From assembly GCF_001194135.2 (NCBI RefSeq), contig NC_068996.1:51685397-51723678 (forward strand): a DNA stretch of 38,282 bases, read 5' to 3'. This stretch comes from Octopus bimaculoides (taxonomy: Eukaryota). Position 1 is the first letter of the stretch, and each line of letters opens with the position of its first letter. Shown here one piece after another: positions 1 to 9,420 of this stretch. Made by a program: the position numbers and the translations under genes. Under the pieces are notes generated by a model. The model was not told the DNA's origin and made no database searches. It saw only the letters and a program-made list of their open reading frames with translations.

Positions 1-774
1 AAAAAAAAAAAAGACTACTATACTGATTTCGAGTTATGAGGGTAGAAGGAGTATAGAATTTTGATAACTTATATAGTGAAATTAACTTATAACCTTTTCA
101 GAAATGTAAGAGAGAAAATATTAGATTAAACAAAAATCCATGGAAAGTGGTGGTGGTCTGTGTTGGCAAGACTTGTTTTATTTTGGGGAGGGGGGGGGGC
201 AGAAAGAGTATAGTGAATTGCCATGAGGAGTGGAGTATCCATTTTGGACACAGTCCTTCTACAAGGCTAAGGGTGACAGGAAGGAAAAAAAGAATAGAGC
301 AGAGTTTTATTTTTGCACCTGCTATTTTTGAGGGACTGGCTGCAACCGATTGGGATTGCATCAGTTATTCTGTCATCTTGGTCTTAAAGAAGGTTACCTT
401 TTTCTGTCAGCTTTTCCTAATAATATGAGAATAAGTGTGCATGTATAAATTGAAGCCAAATTCCAACCTTTGCTTTGTGTGTGACCATTTCTTATTTTCT
501 TTACGTTTTCAATATTGTTAGGTAATTCTCAAACTCATAACAATAAAAAAAAGGTTAAAATCATCCAAGTATTTCATAAGTTGTAATATTTTATCTGTTT
601 TTCTTAAATCTTTTTTTTTTGTACCAGGGCACTCAATAAATGATGGAATATGCGTTACTTTTTTTTTTTTTTGTCCAAGAGCAGTTTGGAATCTTGTTAG
701 AATCTAATCTGATGATTGACATGCAATAAAATAAAAATTTTAAAAATGATTTATACCAGATATGAGGTGGAATA

Positions 775-1490
775 CAATCAGTGCTGTAACCTAAAGTTGT
801 TGGGTGTTTCTGGTCTTTAGACATTAGATACTTTCATCCAGGTGAGCCGTCCAGGGTTGATCCAGACTCCCACTTAGATGTACGGTTGCTGCTTGGTTGC
901 ATCAGCTCTCAACCAAAGCAACTTGCCAGCTTCTTCTGCAACTTCATTTCCAAACAGTATAATCCTCTTCTATACCACTCCTGCAAAGCCTTTACAGCCC
1001 TCCATTATAGGCTCATGTTTTCCAACTTCTATTCTGGCACTTCCTCTGTACCATTTCTTGGTAGTTTACAGTTTCTTTGTATTAGCTTATCAATACACTC
1101 TTCCCACAGCACTAAATTCTCATGATCATGTCTAGCTGGAGCAATATTGGAATGTTGATACTATGTGCTATGGAAATTTCAGCTGCCTGCATCAGAAAGG
1201 TTATCCTTGTTTTTGTATGTGGGGGTGATTTCTCTCCAGCTTTGACAAATTACCTTCTTCGCAGTGCACTGCTGTGTACTTGCACTGATGGCAATGGCTA
1301 AACTTTCAGCAGTTGCCTTTAGCACTTGATCATGGCACCAGTGATAGCAGTCTTCTCTAAAGGCTTTTGGACAGCTACTGGGGAGATGTTTTAAAGATCC
1401 TCTTTCAGAACAGAGTGGGCAGGATGGTTTCTCGTTCTTGTCCCAGAAGTAAAAGATTAGCAGATCTTGGTGAGGAATCATAGACATCTA
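775..1490 (-). mobile_element. Decayed 3' fragment of an RLE-type non-LTR retrotransposon (HERO-like, R2 superclade)
   Basis: Minus-strand CCHC knuckle CPLCSERGSLKHLPSSCPKAFREDCYHWCHDQVLKA, then with stops/frameshifts VLWEECID, PIMEGCKGFAG and EVAEEAGKLLWLR, matching recalled VPWE, EVGxRGF and AExASxWLW motifs. Confidence 0.7.
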
Positions 1491-2087
1491 AGTGTGATGG
1501 AAGTTCACCTGCATGATATCTGACTTTTACTGATTTGATAAATGCTGACTGTTTTAAGCTGTTTTGTAGTTTCCACCTAAACTCATAAATGTATCTTTAT
1601 AAAATGCTGTCAATAAATAATACAAATTAGTAGCATTTAGAAGATAATGATTAAGCTGTGCATCTGTCAGAGCTAGAAATTAATGTTTCTACATTAATGG
1701 TGTTTATGATGCAAACATTGTATAAATCGAATATAAATCAGTTGCTTTATCAGAATGTTTTCGACTGCCAAAGCTCTGGAAAGTTCTTGTATCTGTCATT
1801 TGACATGGTTTTCTAATGTTAATAATAGGTTTAATTAATAGAAGGAATTAAATCAACAAAAAGTGATCTGGTTGATTTTATTTGCTGGTTCTGCCAGATT
1901 GGTGGAATTGATGTGGTTCATCTTTAGACTGAACATTTGTTGGTCAGTATCCTGTAAGGGGGGAAAAAGTGGATATGGAAGGAATTCTATAGGACTGAGT
2001 TGGAAAGAATGAGACATCTGTGATTAATTTAAATGATTGTTAACAGGAGGAAGGGAACAGTATAAAAATTATTTATTCCTAAGGTCA

Positions 2088-2200
2088 TATCATCATCATC
2101 ACCACCATCACCATCTGTGAACTTGTTCATGTTAGAATGGGTTATACAGAGCTTTTTTGCAATAGTTTTAGGGCTGGATGCCCTTTCTGACACCAACTAT
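2088..2200 (-). mobile_element. RTE-LINE 3'-end repeat fragment (family A)
   Basis: (CAT)n tail and gctggatgccctt motif shared with 30504-31383. Confidence 0.6.
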
Positions 2201-2332
2201 TTTAGTCTTCTCTTTCAACATGCAGTATAAAACCTGTGATACATACACTTATTTCATATCATATCAAGCACTTTTAAAATATTTGTCTTACTAGATTTTA
2301 CATTTGTTGCTGATGTTTTAACTATTTTTCAG

Positions 2333-2566
2333 GATGAATCTTCACCACTGAAATCAAGCTTGAAACGACTAAGCTCTTCTAATTATGCACCAAAAAATAA
2401 GAAATCAAAAATGGTTGTAAGAGTTGCAGCACCACAAACTAAGACTGATATTCCAAGTAGGAAATCTGTCAGTAAAAAGGCTAATTTATCTTTAAATCGC
2501 AAGAACAGTCCATTAAAGCCAAAAGCCCATCAAAATTCTATCAAACTCACTGAGAATAATGTATAT
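2333..2566 (+). CDS. GLYR1: GLYR1/NPAC-like gene, first coding exon in window (basic Ser/Lys-rich linker, 78 codons, phase 0-0)
   Basis: ttttcAG acceptor at 2331-2332, GTAAGT donor at 2567, open frame DESSPLKSSLKRLSSSNYAPKNKKSKMVVRV...KLTENNVY, phase-compatible with next exon. No domain homology, so membership is inferred from splice signals and phase. Confidence 0.7.
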
Positions 2567-3039
2567 GTAAGTTAATGACTTTAAATATATTTAATATTAT
2601 CATCTTAATTGTCTAAAGTTTTGTAATGAATTAATGCTTTTATACTAATTATTCATTGTTTCTTATCCACTAAACCACTGGTGTATGCACAATTTTTATT
2701 GCATTTTAGGTTAAGTGTTTAGAGAAAGACAAACATTTTGGTGAGGTTAAGAAAATGAATGTTACTTTTTAAGTTCTGTAATAAAAAGGGGGGCGGTGCT
2801 AGTAAAGTATATATTCTTAGAGCGATTTTATTGCAGTCCCTCCCTGTGAATTTCTCATATTTGTGCTAAAAACCACGTTCAGTTGGTGCTTTTTACATAT
2901 CACCAGCATGGGGAGCCAGTCAGGCAGCTCTGGCAACAACCTACGCGTGAATGGTGCTTATTGCGTGCCACCAGCAATGGTATCGGTCACAACTACAATC
3001 TCCATTTGATTTGATTTTGATTTACTTGGCTCAGTGGGT

Positions 3040-3320
3040 CTCTTCAAGAACGGTATGTTGCCTGACAATTCAAAGGTACTTTTTAAATGGGCGTGTATGT
3101 GTATATGTTTATGTGAGTGTCTTTGTGTGTCCCCGCGTCACTGCTTTGACACCACTATTGGTGTGTTTACATCCCCGTAACTTAGCGGTTCAGCAAAAGA
3201 GACCGATAGAATAAGTACTAGGCTTACAAGGAATAAGTCCTGGGGTCGATTTCTTCAATTAAAGGCAGTGCTGCAGCATGGCCACAGTCATTTGACTGAA
3301 ACAAGTAAAAGAATACAGTT
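3040..3320 (+). mobile_element. SINE family C, 3' half
   Basis: gtgtttacatccccgtaacttagcggttcagcaaaagagaccgatagaataagtact...gactgaaacaagtaaaagaata, homologous to the inverted copy at 29899-30255. Confidence 0.7.
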
Positions 3321-3544
3321 GATCTAGAAGAAGGTAGAGTTGAATGCAGACTCTGCTGGCTGCACATCTATGGCCTCTGACCAGCCATCTCTCTTTTTGA
3401 AGAATTTATGGTTTCAAGCTTTATTCAGTTATACTATCACATTATATTTACTTGCACAGAATCATACCATTTTCCCCTACAAAACCACTTTAAAATATCT
3501 TTCAATACAAGTATACCAAAACATACTTGATTTGTTTGCCCCCT

Positions 3545-3770
3545 CCTTATCATTTAATATCTCTTTTCCCATACTGGCATGGGTTGGATAGTTGAACAAG
3601 AACGGATGAGCCAGAGGTCTCCACCATCTTCTGTGTCTTCTTTGGCATGGTTTCTGCAGCCAGATGCCCTTCTTAATGTCAACCACTTGACCAGAGTGCA
3701 CTGAGTGCTTTTTATGTGGTACCAGCACCATTGAGGTCACCAAGTATTTGCAAGGTAAGACCCCACCACT
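3545..3770 (-). mobile_element. Family A repeat fragment
   Basis: catgggttgga...gatgcccttcttaatgtcaaccact motifs. Confidence 0.7.
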
Positions 3771-4412
3771 CGAGTGAGCAGGGTATAGACTGGAGGAATA
3801 ACAGGGAGAGGGGCTGGTGTCTTACTGAAGTGGTGAATACATGGCTTGCCTACCTGGAAAATGAGAGAGAGAGAGAGAGAAAGATATGTGAGGTCCAGGT
3901 ACAACATGAATATGAGACAGATTAGGAAGTCCACTGAGTGAAAATAGTGTGACCGATGATTAGAGATAGGGAATGAGTTGGACACAGCAGATATCAGTTC
4001 AATGTAAAATAGGGACACATCTTATATTCTGACAAATATAGTAATTGTGAATAGTAGCCAAGTTACTGATATCACTTAAACTAGTTAAACCGTATAAATA
4101 TTATTGATTGATTTGTTGTTAAAAATAATATAATCAAAATAAGTCAAAATGTTTTCAAGATCTGCAAATTTCTTCTTAGGAGATAACTTGCTTTAGAAAA
4201 AAAAGAAGGGAAAAACTCATATATGCTTGTGCCTAATATCATTTAGACTAGTATATTTGTACCATTGAAAATGGCAGTGAACTATAAATTTATTTTTAAT
4301 GCAAGTGCTTACGTAATATTTTAATATACTTTGCCGTGAATAATCTGCAGCTTCACATTTTTTTCTATAAACATATTAAATTCTTAATCTTTGCTTGCCA
4401 AAGGTTACATTA

Positions 4413-4442
4413 CTCTCTCTCTCTCTCTTTCTCTCTCTCTCA

Positions 4443-4540
<98 letters not shown>

Positions 4541-4564
4541 GCCTGCCTGCCTACCTGCCTGCCT
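4413..4564. repeat. (CT)n microsatellite followed by (GCCT)n
   Basis: Read directly; explains the LSLS and ERER ORFs. Confidence 0.98.
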
Positions 4565-4629
4565 AGGAAATAGTCTTTTTTTAAAAAACTAACTTTCAGC
4601 ATTCTCATGTGCAATGTGCGCATGTATTA

Positions 4630-4790
4630 TGCATGTAGGCCACATTATACATGCAGACCACATGGTTTCTAGTCCACTCACTGTGTGACACTTTAGGCAA
4701 GTGTCTTCTATTATAACTACAGGCTAACCAAAGCCTTCTAAGTGGATTTGGTAGATATAAGCTGGAAGAAACCTGTCATACACACACACA
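4630..4790 (+). mobile_element. SINE family C, degenerate 5' head
   Basis: accacatggtttctagtcc...ggcaagtgtcttctattata...aaagccttctaagtggatttggtaga matches the head of family C. Confidence 0.55.
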
Positions 4791-5137
4791 CATCATCATC
4801 ATCATCATCACTCATACACGCACATGTATGTGTTACTGTCTTTGCCTTGGCATAATGTGATAATTGTAAATGGGAAATGTCCTTCATCTCCAATATTCTG
4901 TGGAAACATGTCTGGCCATGGATAAATATTACCTGTGGAAAATCTGCCTCAATAAATTTCCATCTGACCCATGCAAACACGGGAAAGTGGATGTTAAATG
5001 AGGATGCTAATGATGTAATATGCATGAATATATACATGTATACATATATAGTTCTTTATATAGATATACATTCAAAGACATGCCAACACACACGCACATA
5101 CAATGTGTGCATGCACCTATGTGTGTGTGTGCAAATA

Positions 5138-5320
5138 TCATCATCATAATCATCTGATTTAATGTGAGTTTCCCATGCTGACACGGGATGGAGAGTCTGA
5201 CAGGTCCCAGTGAGCCACAGGGTTGCACCCATCAGCTTTTGGCATGGTTTCTATGGTTGGATGTCCTTTCCTAGTACCAACCACTTTACAATGTGTATTG
5301 GATGCCTTTTTTTGTGCCAC
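5138..5320 (-). mobile_element. Family A repeat fragment
   Basis: (CAT)n, ttcccatgct, gttggatgtcctttcctagtaccaaccact. Confidence 0.7.
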
Positions 5321-5391
5321 ACACCCACACATACAAAAAAGAACAACAAGGTTTCTTTCAGTTTCCATATATCAAATCAACTCTCAAGGTT

Positions 5392-5646
5392 ATACATATA
5401 AGAGGGATGACCACTAAGTGGACATCCATTATGCTAGAAGACCACCACCTATGGTCTGACCACTAAGAAAAGATTGTTCTCAAGAAAATTTAGCAAACGC
5501 CAGGACATAAGCAAGCAAGACAAATGAAAAGATACAAAATATAAAGATTAATCACAAACAACAATCTTTTCTTAGTGGTCAGACCACAGGTGGTGGTCTT
5601 CTAGCATAATGTATGTCCACTTTGTTTTAATCCCTCTTATATGTAT
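5392..5646. repeat. Foldback / inverted repeat, arms about 87 bp (5392-5478 and 5560-5646), spacer about 81 bp
   Basis: 5416-5478 equals the reverse complement of 5560-5622 at 61/63 nt; a further 17 bp (atacatataagagggat) pair after a 7-nt internal loop. Confidence 0.92.
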
Positions 5647-5672
5647 GTGTGTGTGTGTGTATATATATAAAT

Positions 5673-5753
5673 NNNNNNNNNNNNNNNNNNNNNNNNNNNN
5701 NNNNNNNNNNNNNNNNNNNNNNNNNNNNNNNNNNNNNNNNNNNNNNNNNNNNN
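5673..5753. other. Assembly gap (81 N) inside a (TG)n/(TA)n tract
   Basis: N run. Confidence 1.
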
Positions 5754-6568
5754 TATATATATGTATATATATATGCTCAGGTATGTGCCTATATATCTTT
5801 TCATCCTATCTTCTCACATTTCATTATATATAACAGCTAGCATGAAACATCTGCAACAAAGATCTATCAAAAGGATCAAAGGTCCTTCCCAAGCCTTAGG
5901 TTCATAAGGCTGGTTTGCTAGATTCTGTGGCTTATATATAATCCTTCACTAGATGGAATACTGGCCGTTCACAGAATTATTCATTTTTGCCCAGCTCAAT
6001 GGACTAAGTTCAATAAGAAAGGGAGTTTTTTTGTTCAATAACCCAACATATTGCCCATTCTGGGAATTGAAACTACAATCTTAATGATCATGGTTGCAAC
6101 ATCCTAACCATTTAGCCATGTACCTCTGGAAAGAGTGAGGGTGTGTATGTCTGATGGAAATGGTAATTTTATCTCTTTGTGTTTATATGTATGTGTAACT
6201 TGTATGTGCATTTCAAAAGCTGTCTTTGGATTTTTGGGTTTTAAGTATCAGAGATAACTACATTTTGCAAATAAAAACAGCTCTTTTCAAAATTTTTATG
6301 TAACTATTTATTTCCTGTTATTCTTCCCCTTCTTCGTTGGGGAGGTTGCCACCAACAGTAACATTTTCATCTTTTAATTGTTTTCTCGGGAAATTTCTTC
6401 AGAATTCTGTTTTAAATGCAGGAAATTATGATTTTAGAAATAGAATATGGTTAGGGTTTAAAATCGGGGATTATGGGTTAGTATTTTAAGGCAAAGTTAA
6501 ATTTTACAGCTTAGTGTTTAGAATCTAGGGTTAATATTTGGATTTCGAGAATAAGAAACTGGCAAAGG

Positions 6569-6778
6569 TCATCATTATCTTCCTTTAACGTTTTTCATAC
6601 TGGTATAGGTTGGATGGTTTAACAGGATGTCAGGAGCTGCAGATCTCAGCTCCAATATCAGCTTTTACATAGTTTCTATGATTTGATGCTTTTTTGATTC
6701 CAACCATTTTACAGTGTGCACTGGATGCTTTTTCTTTGTGCCACTGGCACTAGTGAGGCCGCCAAGTAACTTGCAGGA
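6569..6778 (-). mobile_element. Family A repeat fragment
   Basis: tcatcatt...tttaacgtttttcatactggtataggttggatggttt. Confidence 0.65.
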
Positions 6779-6824
6779 TAGAAAATGAAGCATTAAAAAA
6801 AGTGTACTTAAAAAGGAAATGTAA

Positions 6825-7035
6825 CCCTTTAGCATTTAAACCAGCCAGATCCAGCCCAAATATATTATGTTCAAACTGGCCATATTTAGCCTCTCACACC
6901 TACCCTACAATATCATACAAAAAATAAACAAGCATATCATCAAACTCTGATTGCAAAAAGATGATGTATTAGCAAGTTCAAGCAACGTAAATAAATAACC
7001 ATTACATTTGACTGAATAATCTGATTGCTAATGGG
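6825..7035. mobile_element. Non-autonomous MITE with piggyBac-like termini
   Basis: gtaa|CCCTTTAGCATTT ... GATTGCTAATGGG|ttaa: imperfect TIR, CCC/GGG ends, TTAA (right) and GTAA (left) flanks. Confidence 0.65.
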
Positions 7036-7116
7036 TTAAAATATTTGATTAATTTTTTTTTTTAAGTATACTCTAATTTCTTATTTACTGTTGAATATTT
7101 GAAATCCCTCTTTCAG

Positions 7117-7329
7117 GAATCAACACAGTTACCAGTGAAGTCTGTATCATCTGCCACACAGATTGAAGAGACTCTTCTTTCAAGGTCTATTTCTTCAGTT
7201 AATACAAATGTTTATCCTACAAAATTGAAAATTGGTTTCCTTGGTTTGGGGATCATGGGGCAAGGAATGGTGATGAATTTAATACGCTCTGGCCATGAGG
7301 TTACTGTCTGGAATCGAACCTCAACTAAG
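7117..7329 (+). CDS. GLYR1: GLYR1 exon 2 in window: start of NAD(P)-binding Rossmann fold
   Basis: tttcAG / GTattt; ESTQLPVK...[39 protein letters not shown] with GxGxxG and NRT motifs of the beta-hydroxyacid dehydrogenase family. Confidence 0.95.
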
Positions 7330-7360
7330 GTATTTTTGTTGTCTCTATTTGTTTATTTAC

Positions 7361-7369
7361 TTATTATTA

Positions 7370-7424
<55 letters not shown>
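7361..7424. repeat. (TTA)n microsatellite about 30 nt downstream of the exon 2 donor
   Basis: Read directly. Confidence 0.97.
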
Positions 7425-7425
<1 letters not shown>

Positions 7426-7627
7426 GATGGTGAGCTGGCAAAACACTTAGTGACATTTTGTCCATCCTAATGTTTTGAGTTCAAATTCCACCAAAGTCAA
7501 CTTCGCTTTTCATCCTTTTGGGGTCAATAAATTAAGTACCAGTGAAACACTGAGGCCGATATGATCAACTAGTCCCCTCCTCCAAATTTCAGGCTTGTGT
7601 CTATAATAGAAAGGATTATTATTATTA
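7425..7627 (+). mobile_element. tRNA-derived SINE family B (Meta-domain-like) with (ATT)n tail
   Basis: ggtgagctggca head, B-box-like gagttcaaattc, gctttcatccttttggggtcaataaattaagtaccag core. Confidence 0.8.
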
Positions 7628-7769
7628 TATCAAAACTCATAGCTTATATTGCTGGGTATGATGGAAAGGGTCAGCTGTCCACAGCCAGAAGACTAAGGGG
7701 ACACTTGTTTACTGGTCATGCTTCAAGAACCCTGCTAAGAATTCTTGCAGTTCCAAGCAATGCTGATTT
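7625..7769 (-). mobile_element. 5'-truncated R4/Dong-clade LINE end with (TAA)n tail
   Basis: 7769-7716 minus strand reads KSALLGTARILSRVLEA-stop (recalled R4/Dong C-terminal QKxxLLGTARILRxVL motif), then a short UTR ending in TAA repeats. Confidence 0.7.
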
Positions 7770-7781
7770 AATATTAATAAT

Positions 7782-7983
7782 AAGGCAGTGAGCTAGCAGG
7801 ATTGTTACCATGCCAGGCAATGCTTAGTGACATTTCTTCTGGCTTTTTATTTTCTGAGTTCAGCTTTGCCTTTCATCCTTTCAGAGTTGATAAATAAGCA
7901 CCAGTTGGGGTTGATGTAATCGATTAGCTTCCTCCCCCCAAATTTTAGTCCTTGTGCCTATAGTAGAAAGAATTATTAGTATT
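7782..7983 (+). mobile_element. SINE family B copy
   Basis: aaggcagtgagctagcag head, tttgcctttcatcctttcagagttgataaataagcaccag core, ATT tail. Confidence 0.75.
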
Positions 7984-8162
7984 AAGATGGTAAACTGACA
8001 GAATCATTACCATGTTGGAGAAAATGCCTCATGTTTTATGTTCTGTATTCAAATTCCACTGAAGCCAACTCTGCTTTTCATCCTTTCAGAGTTGATTCAA
8101 TTAGTACCAGTTAAATATGTAATCAATTTACCCCCTCCAAAATCAGAAACAGTTATTATTTA
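7984..8162 (+). mobile_element. SINE family B copy, head-to-tail with previous
   Basis: aagatggtaaactgacagaatc head, ttttcatcctttcagagttgat core, TTA tail. Confidence 0.7.
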
Positions 8163-8344
8163 TAAGCTTTTGCAAAACCTTTCTAAAAAATAAATTTACT
8201 TGATAATATGCATTGCTTGTCAGCACTCTGTGTATGAAAATAATTTATAGTTTTCCCCTAACAGCCCAAACCATTTCCTACATTAATTTCAGCATGTATT
8301 TTATTTTTCTGTTTGTTACATTTTTGTTTCTAAATTCTCTTCAG

Positions 8345-8455
8345 TGTCGGGATTTTATTAAAGAAGGTGCCTTAAAGAAAAACACACCTGCAGATGTTGT
8401 ACATGCTTGTGACATTACCATTTCTTGTATATCTGATACTGCAGCTGTGAAAGAT
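8345..8455 (+). CDS. GLYR1: GLYR1 exon 3 in window (37 codons)
   Basis: ttcAG / GTAAGT; CRDFIKEGALKKNTPADVVHACDITISCISDTAAVKD. Confidence 0.95.
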
Positions 8456-8579
8456 GTAAGTTTATTTTATACTTCATACTTTTGTATCTACTTTGCTGAC
8501 TAAAAAATATTGTATTTTAATTCAATCCTAAAATAATCCTTGGATTTAGACTAGTTTTGTAAAGCAAATATTTTACCAG

Positions 8580-8724
8580 TTTGGTGTGGCCTCTCAATCT
8601 ACAATCTCATTCTAAAATTAAGCAATCATATCATCAAAATCTCAAAGCTGCATGATAATAGGTAAATTAATTGAAAACAAAATAAATAAGCATTACATTT
8701 GATAGTCATCTGAATGCTAAAGGG
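8580..8724. mobile_element. Partial second copy of the piggyBac-like MITE (right end only)
   Basis: cattacatttga...atctgaatgctaaaGGG|ttaa, homologous to 6900-7039. Confidence 0.6.
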
Positions 8725-8849
8725 TTAAGATAGTATTCGTTAACAATTGTTCTTACTCCAAAACTAAATCTTTACCCATAACTTCACTTCCAGTAAAAAT
8801 ATTTGTTAATCACGCGCATACCTTCTTTTAATAGTAGACTGTTATATAG

Positions 8850-9420
8850 TAAAAGTCTCGTTAGTTACTATGGTGACAACAGTCTACCTATCTATCTATC
8901 TTTCACACATGCACTCTCTCACAGTATTTCTCTCTCAACAACAACAACCTGTTTTTGTCTTGAAACAAATTCTGTCTTTCACACAAATTCTCTCTCACTG
9001 AATTTCTTTCTCAACAACCACCTCTTGTTATTGTGAATGTCATTTTTAAAGCATGTGTTGTGTTTATGTTGAAAGATACACACAAACTAACAACCAAAAA
9101 AATAACTTTATTGTTATATAGTGAAAGTGTTTCTTTTTCATTTTCTTTTTTGAAGGTGTTGCATTGCATTGTCTCTATGTGGAAAGACATACAGAAACAC
9201 AGAAATATACGCATACGCGAACAAAAAAAAAATCACTATATTGTTATATAATGAAAGATTTTCTTTTAAGCTGTGTTGCCTTGTGTTGAAAGAGTTGCAC
9301 TTAAAATTGCCATGTTTTTAATCAAAACTCGCATTAGTTACTATGGTGACAACACTACCTATCTCTCTATCTTTCACGTACACACACATACACACTATTT
9401 CTTTCTCACACTTGCACTGT
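8850..9420. repeat. Dispersed direct repeat unit, two copies about 473 bp apart
   Basis: Identical 21-mer ttagttactatggtgacaaca at 8861-8881 and 9334-9354, each followed by ctacctatct...ctatctttcac. Confidence 0.65.

Noticed and set aside
98-428. Short ORFs as upstream GLYR1 (PWWP) exons
   Set aside because: No PWWP or AT-hook similarity and no convincing splice pair; the gene 5' end is outside the window
801-845. Minus-strand CTGGATGA...GAAAC in the HERO-like 3' UTR as a hammerhead
   Set aside because: Core has an extra base and stems I and III could not be built convincingly
4336-4623. LSLS, ERER, YIYI, CVCV and poly-Y ORFs here and at 13048-13242, 15858-16100, 27262-27575, 28088-28567
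   Set aside because: Translations of microsatellites
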